A DNA stretch of 64,000 bases from Lytechinus pictus (lineage: Eukaryota): NCBI RefSeq assembly GCF_037042905.1, contig NC_087245.1, forward strand, positions 40,364,001 to 40,428,000. Reading direction: 5' to 3'. Shown in pieces: positions 26,101-38,903 of this stretch. Positions within the stretch are counted from its first letter, which is position 1, and each line of letters starts with the position of its first letter. A program made the translations under genes and the position numbers. The notes below the pieces were generated by a model, which saw only the letters and a program-made list of their open reading frames with translations, was not told the DNA's origin and did not search any database.

Positions 26101-29100
26101 TTGGATGGTGATTTCATCTTGACTTCCATTCATTGTAATAGTATGCTGGAATTACTACCTCATTTTCATTTGAAAAACGTTTTTTGTTTTTCTTAAGTTA
26201 ATGAGGTTTTTTTATTACATTTTATTACATCTAGTATAATTCACATATTTGTTCTTTCATTCGTTGGTTTGTTCATTCATTCATTCATTCACTCATTCGT
26301 TCATTCATTCATTCATCTATTCATAGAACTTTATTACTTTTGCTAATTTATTTCCTTTTATTGATCTATAGATTCTTTTATTCATTTATTTAGATTTTTT
26401 TATTCATCAATTTCAATTCCTTTCATTCTTCCTTCCATTCATATTCTTTGTTAAATCATAAAATGATTTTTATCTATTTCATCATTTCATTCCATGGGGA
26501 AGTGTTTTTCTTGATGTACATTTCTTTTACAGGGAAGGTCCAGGCTGGAGATATTTATATCTCAATAAATAGAGTAAAAGTCACAAAGCAAAATGCTGAA
26601 AATTTGATCAAAATCGGATAACAAATAAAGAAGTTATTGAATTTTAAAGATATTTGCATTATTCCGGTGAAACAGTTCTAGGCATGTCTTTATAAATATT
26701 AATTCGGTGGGCTGATGATGTCATATCCCAAATTGTTCTTTTGTATTTTATTATATGAAATTAGGTTTATTCAAAAAAATTTCTACCAAGAACTAAAACA
26801 ATTGGGTTGACAACTGAATAGTGCTTTAGTTATTTATTGCCGCAACTTATTTCATCATAATGAAGACACACCATTTACACATGTATTAAAATATGAAACA
26901 TTTATGATTTCATCATATTCATGTAATAACATTAGAAAGAGGAGAGTGGGGATGTGACATCATCAGCACACCTTATGAATATTCACGACGATGTGCATGT
27001 AACTGATACATGTAAATTGATAAATTTTAAAATTCAATAACTTCGTTATTTGTTATCCGATTTTGATGAAATTTTCAGCAACCATCCCTTTAATAATCTA
27101 TTGGAAATTTTTTTAATGAAATCATACAAACAAATTTGAATTAAATCTCAACTTTGTCACTTATAAAGCCTCATTCATTTTATAGACTTCACTGGATTCA
27201 GTTGTATGAAATGTGATCCACATGTAATTTGTTAGGCAGGGAAGTACATGTAGACCAGCTGGCCCTCTAGTCAATACTAGGCCATTACATAACAGTTTAT
27301 TTATCTACTTTATTGCTGGGATCTGATCTGGCAAGCAGATAAGCTACATAAAGTCTGCATAAAGTCTGCTGTAGAATAGCAGCTTGAGACAAGATTTAAT
27401 GACTTTATCTTTCATGCATGATAAGATTTTTCAAAGTCCATTTCAGTTTAACAAACAAAAGAATCACAATTAAATGCCCATAGAATATGAATTTTCAGTA
27501 AAGACACTCCTAACCGTGCATATGCATGCTTTAGTATTGTTGTATTCTACCAGTACAATTGTCTCTGCTTGTTTATAGACCATGCATGACCTTCAAGTAC
27601 AAAAACAATGAACTCGCTGGCCTGCGAACCTGATCACTTGTTTGCTTTCTGAAGGGTGCAATCAACATACACACATGCAATACCACTGAATCCATTCACA
27701 CCTACCAGATTTGGAAAAAAAAGACATTAACTAATTAATCAAACTGAAATATCAAAAGCATCCATAATATCCCTGTAGCCTCCTGTTGGAACATTGTACC
27801 CACAATCTAGAGGGTACCAGTTGAATTATGAGAACATTCACAGGGTATTTGCAGTGTGAAAGCAAGTTACAAAAGCTATTAAATTGAGACAAGAGCTACA
27901 CTGTACATATCAAGGAATAAAAAACTCTTGTTTCAATCATAAACGGGGAGAATTTCATCCAATTTAATTAGATCTGAATGCACAAAATTTGCTATTTTGA
28001 AGCTTGAATTAGTTTTTGTAATTTAAGGTATTTTTCTGAGTTGGGCAGGTGTGAGTACGGCTTTAGGGACACACCATTAGATACCCAGGGGGGGGGGGGG
28101 GGGGGGGGCTGGAAGTTTGGGTTGATGCAATTTTTTTCTTCTTCTTTGAGTAAATTTTGTGTTTTTCATAATCCATTGTCATTGAGACTTTTTTTTTTCC
28201 GTATCAGATGATGTCAGTGGACCAAGTTTTTTTTTTTTTTTTTTTTTTTTTGGGGGGAACTTCCAACCCCCCCCCACCCCACCCCTGGATATCTAATGGT
28301 GCATTCCTTAGTCAAGCCAGACTGTTAGTCTGCAAGGCCAGACTCCTATTTGACACTTTAACCAACTTCAGAATCTGCATTATGCACTATGTAAATTGTG
28401 AAAACCAAGGGGGTCTGTACCTGCAGACTATCCAACTCTAATGAAGCCGATCTGATTAATTTTATCAACAAATGTAATAGATAATCCCAGGTCTCTGACT
28501 GTAACCCTGTTCATTCATGCTTTATAGTTACAGTAGGTTGCTGTTTTTATCATTTCCTGGTCTGACCGAAAACTTAAGTCATATCCTTCCCTGTCATTTG
28601 TGCCACGTCAGGAGCAAGAGAAAAAAAAATACACAATAACAAAATAAAATGCATCTAGAGTAGTGATTAGTTACTATTCACTTCTTCATTCAAACTGTAT
28701 CCCAGAAAAAAAATGGAAACAGGAATTATCAGTTACGGTAGTTTTTTTCCAAACATAGTCAAATACATGTAATTTTAATACCTTTTGACTTTGAGAAATG
28801 GAAAACGGGGAAGGGGGTTACAAAAACATCTAACTTTAGTTACATCAAACCAACAAGAGTAGCTCTAGCTTGATTACAGTATTTACACCCAAAAAAATAC
28901 TAGGGCTTTGAAGCTTTTATAGCTTGGCCACCAGAATAGCCAGAGAGAAAATCTTTCTAATTTTTGTATTTTTGGAAAGATATTTTTTCTTCTAATTAAT
29001 AGTTGCAATGTACATGATTTTATTCTGATGATCTGATTGATACTCAGGCATTCAATCATCAGACAATTACATAAAACCACATTAGAATTTCCAGTCAACA

Positions 29101-32068
29101 GAACAATTGGTTCAAAAGAGAATATGGGGCAGCTACATGTACTCGTATGAAAATGTTTCCAAATTTTGCAAACCACAATTATTTGATAAATTTTCATTAA
29201 ACTTTCAATAATCACTTTTCCAACTCCCTGGTCCAAGTAGTTTATCTGTAAATGTAAATGTACATCATGGTTTCTCTGTCAAATCAGGGTCAAATTAACC
29301 CATTTTACAAGTATAGCCTGAGAAAAAAAACATTTATCAAGAAATTTGGGGTAGCTTAAATATCTCATCTCTCTGCACAACATTGCATGGATATTGTGAA
29401 ACTTGAGAGAAGATAAATTGCGATTTAAATGTTTCTACAGTATACAAGTAGGTCTGAGTAAATTAACAAAATGTCTTTCAGAATACAGTGGCTCGTATTC
29501 TGAAGTCGGGTTTAACTAATACATACATGTATACCATGGTCTAACTCTGTGTTAGAAATACTTAGAATAATGGAAAAGCAAGAAAAATGTCAACATTTTG
29601 TCTACCTTATACATGTATCCTCAATGCATGCATTTATGCCTTATGCTTTTTTAATTGCAAAGCAACACAAGACAAATAAATCATAGTTTATTATACAAAC
29701 AGAAAAACACTGGAAATTTTTACTGGTATACTTTCAATTATTTTGATCAGACTTATTTCCAATATTTTCATTTCATTATTAATATCATAGTTTATTTAGA
29801 AAGTAATAACATGTATTTTACATGTTTCTAACAATAATTATGATTACTATTACATGTACAGTACTTACTGTAAGTAAATTAATAATGACCAATATCAAAT
29901 ATTATAAGACAAAGTGTGAGAACTTTTGCAATGAGACATGTTTCCATTCCCCCCCCCTCGATTGCTTTCACATTTCTAGAATGTCATCATATACATGAAG
30001 TAATATATAGCATCCTAGACTGAAAAATCCTTCTGCTTCAGAGGTGTTTTTTAACAGTTTTCTGATTTTTTTTTTCATTGTTCTCCATGAAGCCAGACAC
30101 AGTCTCAGCAGAGCATACATGTACTTGACCAAAATAGACTAGTTTTTTTTCAGTCCATAGAGAACCATGAAAGCACATATTTACAGTCCTTTGTATCTGG
30201 CTCGGCTCTGCTTCTGATAACTTCTTTTTCATGAGGCCTACCTGGCTAGCTATAGGGAATCATGACACATGTATCACATTCTACAGTACATCTATTGAAT
30301 AGTGTGTTAAAATTTTAAAAAGGGAATCAACCAAAAAATGCACTAGAATCAATTCAATTAGAATTCAATGTGGGGACATAGACCCTTGTCTGGGCTTCAG
30401 ATTAATATTTGATAAAAACAAATGAAACGTATAACTCAGTTGAATTGAAGTTTTCTTTTATTATTCAAACTTGCGCTTCAATTAGGAAATTTGGCTTTAA
30501 ATAAAAAGTACTTAACACAAACTCAATCTAAAGTTTGATTTGGTCATGCATGAACATTAGTGGTTCTACGTAGGCCTATGTGTTGTTTGACTACAATAAC
30601 TTCCAACATAGATCAGAGCTTTTTCTTTTGAATAATTTGTATATGCGGATTGAACTTGATGGAGGCAGTTATAATGTCTCATACAAAGTCAATTCTAATA
30701 ATGGGTAAGATCCCCCTAGTCTGCGCAGTGCCCCCTGCGCGAGAAGATACGCAACGACCACAAACTTCACACATATTACAGACATTAATTTAAAAATCTG
30801 ACTCAAAGTCAAGAATTGCATTCATGTGACGGCCTCAAAATGCAGCCTTTCTCATCATCAGAATGGTAAGACTTTAAGTGAATGGGTGCGCAGACATATA
30901 GCCTACAATGTACAATGATGTAGGCCACCATTTTTTTGTTCAATCAGAAAATGACTGGCCAAGGTCATTTTTTTCAAATTTTTATGAGATATTTGACACA
31001 CTAACTCATACTTTAACTCTATGATTAAAGGAACATTAACTTAGTCATGTTAGTTAGAATCTAACTTAGGGGGTGTTGCAAGAAACTTGCAATTGATTGC
31101 AAGTCAATTTCAGCTCCCCAAATCGATTGAAATTCATGCATTTCTCTGAAAGTTTACAATTGATTGATGGTCTCTTTCTTGCATCAATTATAAATTGATT
31201 TGCTTTAGCTAAAATTGTTTTATCACTTGCAATTCTGCATCTTAGATTCTAACGTTAGATTAGACATGTTATAATTTTTAGTCTAACGTACCTACACGGC
31301 TAGACAGGAATAACCGTCGTTTCTGGGGATTTATTCAACAATTTCTGACATTTTACTATAATCCCCATTTATGTATTGGTGAGTGAGCCAACGCAGTTCA
31401 GCGGAACAACCAAAATACAAAGACTGAAGCTTTTGGTCTACTACACGGCTACAGTGTGTCTTAAAGTGATCATTTCACTTTGTTCTGATTTAAAAAATTC
31501 TCATTTTGGTTCTTGAAAATGGGCTTAACATTAGGCTTATAGTGTAAAAATACCATCCCAAAAGTTTCAAAGTATTATATCCACAGGATCAATTTTAAAA
31601 CCTTAAAGATGTAAACCAAAGTTTGAAAATAATTGGGAGTTGGTTTCAATGACTATGTGTATACAGTGAACCTGTACCTGTGCACCACAACACACGAACT
31701 CTAGATGAACACAGCATGGCCTACATACAGTGTGTACTAGGTATATAGCGCCTAAACAGATTATCAACTGAAATTGTTTGTGAAATATTAAAGAACTTTG
31801 CAGACATGCAAATTTTAATCTAGGGTCGATTCATTTAATGAAATAGTAAGTTAGACATACCGTAAGTCATAAGTATACGTATGATAACTATGATTATGAA
31901 AGCTCTTTTGTTTACCATACTGGTCAGATAGCCAAGCTCCGCCTCCCCTTCACCCCCGCTGTTCTTCCGCGGACGGTTCGTGAAGACAAAGCTCACAACA
32001 AAATTCGACGCGTCCTCTTCATCTTCGCAATATTTTGCTTTGAGAGCCTCCACGAATGATTTCGGCAT
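14164..32068 (-). CDS. TBCEL: Tubulin-specific chaperone cofactor E-like protein (LRR + C-terminal ubiquitin-like domain), 664 aa, 10 exons
   Basis: Exons 32068-31916, 24131-23940, 23102-22964, 21904-21814, 20261-20144, 19447-18710, 18179-18121, 17177-17041, 15166-14998, 14362-14164; all GT-AG, phase-consistent, 1995 nt. N-terminal SFVEALKAKY, LRRs (VTDLDISNNLIGCWDEV; LVLNNTGVSW; LHLTDNN; FPNLK), LRR cap ERRKLLVASLPNIKILNGSEIKEEEREKSERFFIRHF, UBL-like tail ending GDEIHIE; no CAP-Gly domain, favouring TBCEL over TBCE. Confidence 0.88.
15965..16171. mobile_element. Harbinger-like MITE
   Basis: ~50-bp TIR GGGGTGTTTCACAAAGATTTAAGTATGACTT..CTTAAATGCC with its complement at the right end; CAG on both flanks. 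Confidence 0.75.
16247..16831 (+). mobile_element. TTAA-flanked Kolobok-like MITE
   Basis: TTAA|AGGACAAGTCCACCCCCCAATAAGGTTGATTT ... AAATCAACCTTATTGGGGGGTGGACTTGTCCT|TTAA; purine-purine start with TTAA TSD fits Kolobok rather than piggyBac. Confidence 0.85.
17391..17463 (-). pseudogene. tRNA-like sequence (SINE head or tRNA pseudogene, Lys-like ends)
   Basis: GCCTAGATAGCTCAGTTGGTAGAGCA...CCGGGTTCAATTCCTGGTCGGGA: good A and B boxes, but anticodon arm and acceptor stem pair poorly. Confidence 0.6.
19606..19990. mobile_element. Probable TTAA-flanked non-autonomous DNA element
   Basis: TTAA at 19603-19606 and 19991-19994; weak TIR AGATAAATTCCAGTTGTGG / CTGCAACTACGTTCATTTAGCT. Confidence 0.4.
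20365..20510. mobile_element. Harbinger-like MITE
   Basis: TIR GGGTCCATTGCAGAAAGAGTTGC / GCAACTCTTTCTGCAACGGACCC. Confidence 0.75.
20553..21020. mobile_element. Non-autonomous TIR element with 7-bp TSD (P-superfamily- or hAT-like)
   Basis: Perfect 14-bp TIR CAGAGATGCCAACC / GGTTGGCATCTCTG; TATGCAA at 20546-20552 and 21021-21027; subterminal CAGGAA (left) and CCGTAA (right) repeats. Confidence 0.8.
21033..21193. mobile_element. Harbinger-like MITE
   Basis: GGGCCGTCTCATAAAG ... CTTTATGAAATGGGCC; interior related to the 1142-1395 units. Confidence 0.6.
22338..22508. mobile_element. Harbinger-like MITE
   Basis: GTTTCATCAAGCTGTTCGTAAGTTACG / CGTAACTTTACGAACAGCTTTATGAAAC; related to the 851-1138 unit. 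Confidence 0.7.
23137..23545 (-). mobile_element. 5'-truncated L2/CR1-group LINE, 3' end
   Basis: ORF APKYLSDCLEIYVPGSRTRSS...GDRTFTVASSMEWNKFPLTIRQSPTIESLKKSLKTLLF* matches the L2 ORF2 C-terminal pattern, followed by GAGCGCTTT..AAAAGCGTGTTATAAATG and a (TTA)n tail. Confidence 0.85.
24165..24333. repeat. (AAT)n microsatellite
   Basis: Imperfect AAT run just upstream of the TBCEL exon 2 acceptor; a second run at ~25021-25110. Confidence 0.9.
24331..24620 (-). mobile_element. Probable LINE 3' UTR remnant
   Basis: Minus strand ends AAATAAATGAA(TTTGAA)n; contains a stem-loop GAGGGGCCCACA..GTGGGTCCCTC. Confidence 0.4.
26530..27090 (+). mobile_element. Kolobok-like MITE, second family
   Basis: AGGGAAGGT... 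/ ...ACCATCCCT|TTAA with long internal inverted arms TGCTGAAAATTTGATCAAAATCGGATAACAAATAAAGAAGTTATTGAATTTTAAA; fragments of the family at ~11075-11430, ~22735-22860, ~46760-47158. Confidence 0.75.
28066..28307. mobile_element. Harbinger-like MITE with TTA TSD
   Basis: TTA|GGGACACACCATTAGATACCCAGGGG ... CCCCTGGATATCTAATGGTGCATTCC|TTA. Confidence 0.7.
28326..28430. mobile_element. Short TAG-ended MITE (Academ-like termini)
   Basis: TAGTCTGCAAGGCCAGAC ... GTCTGTACCTGCAGACTA; no clear TSD. Confidence 0.45.
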
Positions 32069-32338
32069 TGTCCCTGTTTCATTTACTGACTACTCGAACC
32101 CAAACACACTTCCTACAAATCTAAAGAAATCTCATCAGCTCAGATCAGCTGTCCATTTGCCAGTCTGGGTCTTGTTTTCGCCTGAAGAATGTTTGATTGT
32201 TATTGTGCAATTTGATATATCTTATAAATATTAATGATGTCATTGGGTTATTGTCATGATGTAAACATGAGATGGCGTTCTTCATTTTCAGCAACTCGGG
32301 ACATCGACAGTTCTATGTTCGCGGCACTCTGATCTGTG

Positions 32339-34262
32339 CAGGGGCGGATCCAGCTTTCGCCAAGGGGGGGGGGGGCAAAAAAATTACACTGATATTTCCC
32401 CGATCGGCTGCTCAAAGTTTATTTTTTGTTAGTTTATTTGAAGGGATAGTCCTAACAGTCACTTTTAGCTATATTCTTATAAAAGAACATAAATATATTG
32501 TAATCTCATAAGCCCTAATCTGGTGCGAGCGCGAAGCGCGAGCTGAAATTTTTGGAAATTTCATGTATTTTGTCCTGAAAATTGAACATACTGAGCAATG
32601 TTTGTGATCCTGAACAAGATACGTATGTAACTGTGTGGGGAAAATCTGAAGTGGATATGAACCGCATTTAATAAATAATGCGATCGAGCGTGAAGCGAGA
32701 TCTGATATTTTCATAATTATAAATTTGACCTAGAAACGGGACAATCTAAGGATATTTTGTCATCATATTATGAAAATGATGACTATCTTCTTCTTCCTCT
32801 TTCTAAGCGCGAGATAATACTTGTTGATATTCCATTCTGAAAAAGGTACAATTTAATTATTAAGAATTCATGAAAATGTTATTATCTTTTTCATTAATCT
32901 AATAACCCTAAATGAGAGCGCGAAATTAGTTGATAATTATCAAGGCCTGAATAATGGACATTTTAAGCACTTTTGTAATTATCAATAGGATGCATTGTGT
33001 AATATATTTTAACAGTTAATGCGAGATGAAATCGCGAGCCGAAATTTTTGATGAAATGTCAGGAAAATGGGATTTTAAGTATAGTTTGTTATAGAATTAC
33101 AAAAGAGGTATACATTACTCACCAATCAAAATGCGAGTGCGCAGCGCTAGCTGATTTGATTTTGATAATGAAACCCAAAAAGGAACATTTTGAGAACTTT
33201 ATGGAAAACAAGGAGAGAATAGGTACTTGACAAATCAAATCATGCGAGCTCGCAGCGCGAGCTAATAATGTTAAAGGACAATTCCATCCCAACAAAAAGT
33301 TGATTTGAAAAAAAGAGAAAAATCCAACAAGCATAACACTGAAAATTTCATCAAAATCGGATGTAAAATTAGAAATTTCACAAAACAGCTATATTCACAT
33401 CCTTGTCGGTATGCAAATGAGGAGACTGTTGACATCACTCACTCACTATTTCTTTTTGTATTTTATTATATCAAATATGAAATATTCCAATTTTCTCCGT
33501 TGTCGTGTGAAACAACGATTAATTCCTCCCTGAACATGAGCAATTAGCATTGTTTAATACTACATGGTTCAATCAAGTTGGTCCATATTGTCAAATCTGT
33601 AGAACATGAAATATGGTATAATTCAAACAATAAAAAACAAAGGAATTAGTGAGTGAGGGACATCATCGACTGTCTTATTTGCATGTCACTGAGTTGTGCA
33701 TATCACTGTTTTGTGAAAAATAAGCGAAATTTTAAAATGTCATATTTTTCTTATTTTACATCCGATTTTGATGAAATTTTCAGCATAATGCTTGTTTGAT
33801 TTTTCTCTATTTATTCAAATCAACATTTTTCTGGGGTGGACTTGTCCTTTAATACTCAGACAATAAAACGGACATTTTACAGAGCACTTTTTTAAGCCTC
33901 AATTTATAAATCAAACAAAATACTCAGTCTGAAAGCTCGATGTCCGAACTGAAAATACTTTGTATATTGACTTCAATACTTGAAATTTTAAGCTCCATGT
34001 CAGCCTATTGAGCAAGATAATTATGTATCTCATCGAACATGCAGTGCGAGCGCGAAGCGCGAGCGAATTTGTTTTTGTAGTAGCATGAAATAATTTTTTT
34101 CCAAGTCTTCCCCTCACCTTATTCACTTATCTTCCTCTTCTTTTTTTTTCTCCTCTATTTCCCCTTCTTTTCTTTTTTTCTTTCTTTCTCTCTTTTTTTT
34201 CTCCGCCAATAGGGGGGGGGGGGGTGGGCGGGCCCCTCGCCCCCCCTCTGGATCCGCCTGTG
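32339..34262 (+). mobile_element. Non-autonomous hAT-like element with GCGCGAAGCGC-unit array, upstream of TBCEL
   Basis: TIR CAGGGGCGGATCCAG / CTGGATCCGCCTGTG, poly-G after the left TIR, array of GCGAGCGCGAAGCGCGAGC variants, pyrimidine tract and G/C runs at the right end; TSD not clean; same family as the element at 62502. Confidence 0.75.
33275..33848 (+). mobile_element. Kolobok-like MITE nested in the hAT-like element
   Basis: TTAA|AGGACAATTCCATCCC ... GGGGTGGACTTGTCCT|TTAA; homologous to 16247-16831. Confidence 0.85.
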
Positions 34263-35499
34263 CTGTGGCATGTAATTTGGGCAGAGTAATTGTTGTTATC
34301 TTGTGCTTTAATAGGGTGCGTTCAATTCAGATATGAATATTTACACCTAAAGTATAATAATCATTCTGTAAGGCCAAAATCAAAATTAATGCAGACATTC
34401 TGGACTATATAGTGCAAGGTGCAAGTAGTCTTATAATCTTCATTATGTGAAATGTTTAACATGGTTATCTGGAACTATTCTATATGTAGTCATAGATGGG
34501 CGACCCCTGCAATATGTGTGTGTGGGGGGGGGGATTATTTTGTACATTATTCAAGTTTATTGCAGTTTTGTTTAGTAATTAGGGATAATTTTAATCTAAT
34601 TTTAATCTGTTCATTGCTTTTAAGCCAGAGTTCACAGAGTTCTTTTACCCCTTGTTTACTGACAGAACATAGCTCTCTCAAACTAACCCTCGTTTACTTT
34701 TCTCTTTTCTTTGCCACCAGTCCTGGTTGACTGAATCATGAATATTTATGTTGTAAGCACTGGCGGAGAAGCAAAATAAAAATTTGTAATGTAAAAATGC
34801 CGTTATTAAAACGGACGCAATTTCCTGTATTTTTTTTTGAAAAACCTTTATTTTTTTCGTTTATTTTTGCTTGTCAAATTTTTCCTCGGAAAAATGTGCC
34901 CCCCTTTTGGAGAATCCTGGATCCGCCCCTGGCCCCTAGAATAGGATAATGAAATATATGACTGTGCATGAATCTATTGAAAATGACAACTGGCAATCAC
35001 AAATTCAGCACAATGTCATTTTGTTTACTGTATAAGTCACTTTTGAATAGAGCATGGATTTTACCGGATAAGATTGGCGACTGGGAATAGCATTTGAGTT
35101 TTAATTTATGCAAATTTTTATCAAAGTTGCATGCCCATTGTGATATGCAAATCATTGGATTTTGTGAGAATAATGTTGCAATTATGTTTCAACAGCCATG
35201 AATCAAATTTAGTCTGAAAACCTCATCAAGCAATTAAGTATTATCTGATTGTACGTGACCATGCCTAACCTGTTCGCATTTGAAAGAATAGCGAGATATT
35301 ATATATTCCAACAACCTGTTGATCTGTCCCCTTTTCTATTCAGAAGACCTTCATATTATATCAAACGTTTTCAATGCTTTGTATGTAATAATCATTCATT
35401 TCAACACGGCAAGACCTATTCAGCAAAAGCTGTTTTTCAATAGGCCCGTTCCTGTTCATGATTTCAGAACGTGCTTAGAATATTTCTTTTGTAGATCTA

Positions 35500-36020
35500 A
35501 ATGACCAACAATTTCACGTCGTGCTTCGAGCTTTAATCAATATATACCCACCCTGTTCAGGGTCACAAACGGCTATAGTCGTTATCGCGTTTTCAAGTTA
35601 AAACATACATTTTCACTGAGCTCGCGTTTCGCGCTCGTATTATTTGGTTGGTGATATATGCATCATCTTCAGGAGTCATTGCAAACAAACCTAAACAAGT
35701 TCCTTTTTAGGTCATTAGGTCTATATTCAAGAAATTTTGCTCGCGCTTCGTGCTCGCATTAAATGCTGAGTTATATATAAATATATGCGCATCTTGATTA
35801 CAGAAAATTCTCAGATGTTCAATTTTCATAAATGAATGCATGACATATATCGAAAAGTTTGAGTTGGTGCTTGCATTTTTCAAATGTTTATGATATACGT
35901 TATCTAATTATAAAGTTAAAATATACTTTAAAAATAAATCTTCAGTTTGCTTATTTATAGTTGCCGATCGGGAAATATATGGATAAAGATATTCCAGCCC
36001 TCCTATTGGTAAAATCTGGA
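35500..36020 (-). mobile_element. Fragment of GCGCGAAGCGC-array element
   Basis: GCTCGCGTTTCGCGCTCG (~35621) and GCTCGCGCTTCGTGCTCGC (~35739); right part resembles the reverse complement of the 32339 element's left end. Confidence 0.55.
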
Positions 36021-36432
36021 TTCGAAACTATAAAAGGCCCACTTTTTTATAATTCAGAATCCCCGTCATAAATCCCCTTTACGAAACTGGAGATATATAA
36101 CAATGTGGCCTATATTGGCGAGGGTTATCACCGAAGCATTTGGCAGTGTGGTAAATTGTCCTTTCTATATAAAAGAGACCAGCAAAAACAAAGTTTGTCA
36201 AATAAAACGCTGGCCACTTACTGGAATGTATAAGTAATTTGTTAAGCAGTTTGGTAAATGGAGCAAACGCGGAAATAGCAGAATTATGTTATGATATCAA
36301 GGAAGAAAATCATGGTCAACGTTGAAGATTGTGAAAAAGGAGCATTTTCATCAACATATTTATCCGACATTGTTGATCTTGATTGGCTGAGAAGCACTGT
36401 TACTACTAATCGGATAAAACAGGACTTGTCGG

Positions 36433-37809
36433 CAGTGGCGTACCTGGCATATTTCGTCAGGGGGGGGGGGGGGGGGGGGCAAGCGACAAGGATGAGCAAG
36501 ATGGGGGGGGGGGGGGGAGGTAGTAGGCATGGACATATAGGCACAATTTTTTCAGGGGGGGGGGCTGATAATCATTGCCCAAATATCAACTTCACAGTTT
36601 TAGGTCAATTTATACTAAAATAGTATAAAAATAATAATTGCGAGCGCGAAGCGCGAGCTGATTTTTTTCTAAAAATTTAGACCTAAAACGATACATTTTG
36701 TGCACTTAATTATGAATAGGATGGGTATATTCCTTAATAAATTATGCGAGCGCGAAGCGCGAGCTAAAAAAATTGATATTCCTAACTGGACATTAGACAT
36801 TCTAAGCAGTTTTACAGGATGGGTATCTAAACAGTCGTGCGGGCGCGAAGCGCAAGCTTAGTAACCATGAACAAAGTGGTTTCTAACTGAATAATGAATT
36901 GATGCGAGCGCGAATAGCGAGCTGAAAATTTAAGATATTCCCCCTGAAAAATGGACATTCTAAGCACCTTTTTTAACTATGAACAAGATGGTAGTTAAAA
37001 ACAATTAATTGGTGTGAGCGCGAAGCGCGAGCTGAAAATTTTTGATATTTCGACCTGAAAACTTTACATTCTAAGCACTTCATTTAATTATGAACAGGAT
37101 GGAATTTCATGCGAGTGCGAAGCTCGAGCTGAAATTTTTGATATTCCGACCTAAGGACTTTATTATCTAAGCATTTTTTTTTACCGTGAACAAATTGGTT
37201 TCTACTGATATATTTTTTATGTTCCGACCTGAAAACTGGACATATAAGCACTTCATTTAACTATTAACAGGATGGATATACCTAAACAGTTATATGTGAG
37301 CACGAAGCGCGAGCTGAAATTTTTGATATTCCGGCCTAAGAACTGAATATATAAGCACTTTTTGTAACCGTAAACAAATTTGTTTCTAACTAATCAATTG
37401 TGCGAGCTGATATTTTTTGATATTTCACCTAAAAACTAGACATTTTTCCCAGGTATCCAACAAAAAAAATGATGCGAGTGCGTAGCGCGAGCGAAATTTT
37501 TATCGTTTTACCTAAAGATGTTCTCTACATTTTTCCTGTCCCTGGTCAGCCCAGTCCGTCCTCACTATCGGTACAGAGAGCTCTAAACGTCGCATTGCGC
37601 AAAAATCACAATCTGCCAATAAAAGTGTACAGTTTAATTGACATTTACCTACAAAGATGTTGGAACTAAAAAACCGAATAATCTTCTTTTTCCCCTTCCC
37701 CTATTTTTTCTTTCCTTTTCCTCTTTTCTTTTTCTTTCCCCTTTTCGCTTCCTTTTTTTGCTTGTGACTCGTCAGGTCTGCCCCCCTGCCCCCCTTAGGT
37801 ACGCTAGTG
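36433..37809 (+). mobile_element. Non-autonomous hAT-like element with GCGCGAAGCGC-unit array, inserted in a Harbinger-like MITE
   Basis: TIR CAGTGGCGTACCT / AGGTACGCTAGTG; perfect 8-bp TSD CTTGTCGG (36425-36432, 37810-37817); host MITE halves at ~36338-36432 and ~37810-37857 match an intact copy at ~45609-45778. Confidence 0.88.
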
Positions 37810-38903
37810 CTTGTCGGATTAATATATCCGACAATTTCTTTCATGAAAGGCGTCCCCGTGATGGGTCAAACGTTTTGTGACGTTGGGGTTATGAATTCGT
37901 TAATGATTATGACGTTTATATGCCGTGTTCACGCGCAATTCAGTGCATGGTCCTTGCGCAATAAAGAGCGCGACAACACTTTGGGCCAATCTGAAAATTA
38001 ATACCGGCGCATTAATTTATGAGCGCGCTTGCATAATTTAACGCGCTTTGTCTTTTGTTGGCCCTGGTTACTGTCACGTCAACAAACCTTATTCTCTTGC
38101 TTTTTTTGCTCTTTGAGAACCTACTGTCAAATTTTTGGCAACTTTTGACTGATTTCTAAACTCTAAAATCCTTGAATCCCAATCCGACTGGTAAGTATCA
38201 TTATCATTAGATAGTTAAGAATGGACTTAATGATTTGGAAGAAAATTGGAATGTGTTCTTGTCAATTATGAATTAAAGAGAGAAGTTATCTTATGAAGAT
38301 ACGAAGTTATTTTCACGATGACTTAGGCCTAACAGAAACATAACCCTTTGCATAGGCTAGGGATTTTACATCAAATGTATGCATTGAAAATGACAAATTA
38401 TTGACATGCAAGGTTATTACTTGGTCATCTGGTAGGATGGGGGTCGGGTGTCCGGACAGTTTGTCTTTTTGAAGCCTTCTTTTTTGTCTTTGGATTACAC
38501 TAAAAATATAAAATTCAATACTTGATGAAACTTCGCTAGTAATTTTTTCCAAATGACTTTCTAAAATTGATCGTCAGGACACACAACCCGTCCGGACACA
38601 CAACAACTGGGTATAATAGTTTTCAACAGATTTGTTAAATATTATTATTAGGTTGGACCTAGGCCTACCCTCTTTTCACAATGGGCAGGAGGGGGGGGGG
38701 GGGTGGGTTCTGGTCTATAACACAAGACAAGGGACAAGGCTTTCCCATCCAGTCTTTTTTGCTCCATTTATTTTCATCTATCCATTCTTTCCCTTTACTG
38801 GTATCCATTCTTTCCTTTATCCATTCCTTCCTCACACCTTTCACATTCTGTTTCGTGGATCGAATAGTTTCTATTTCCTATCACTTGGAAACAACGTTTG
38901 GCG

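Noticed and set aside
14164..32068. TBCE assignment
   Set aside because: No N-terminal CAP-Gly domain; the LRR cap and N-terminus fit TBCEL.
36640..37492. Palindromic repeats with spacers, superficially CRISPR-like
   Set aside because: Spacers are degenerate copies of each other, spacing is irregular, there are no cas genes, and the array lies inside a TIR/TSD-bounded eukaryotic element.
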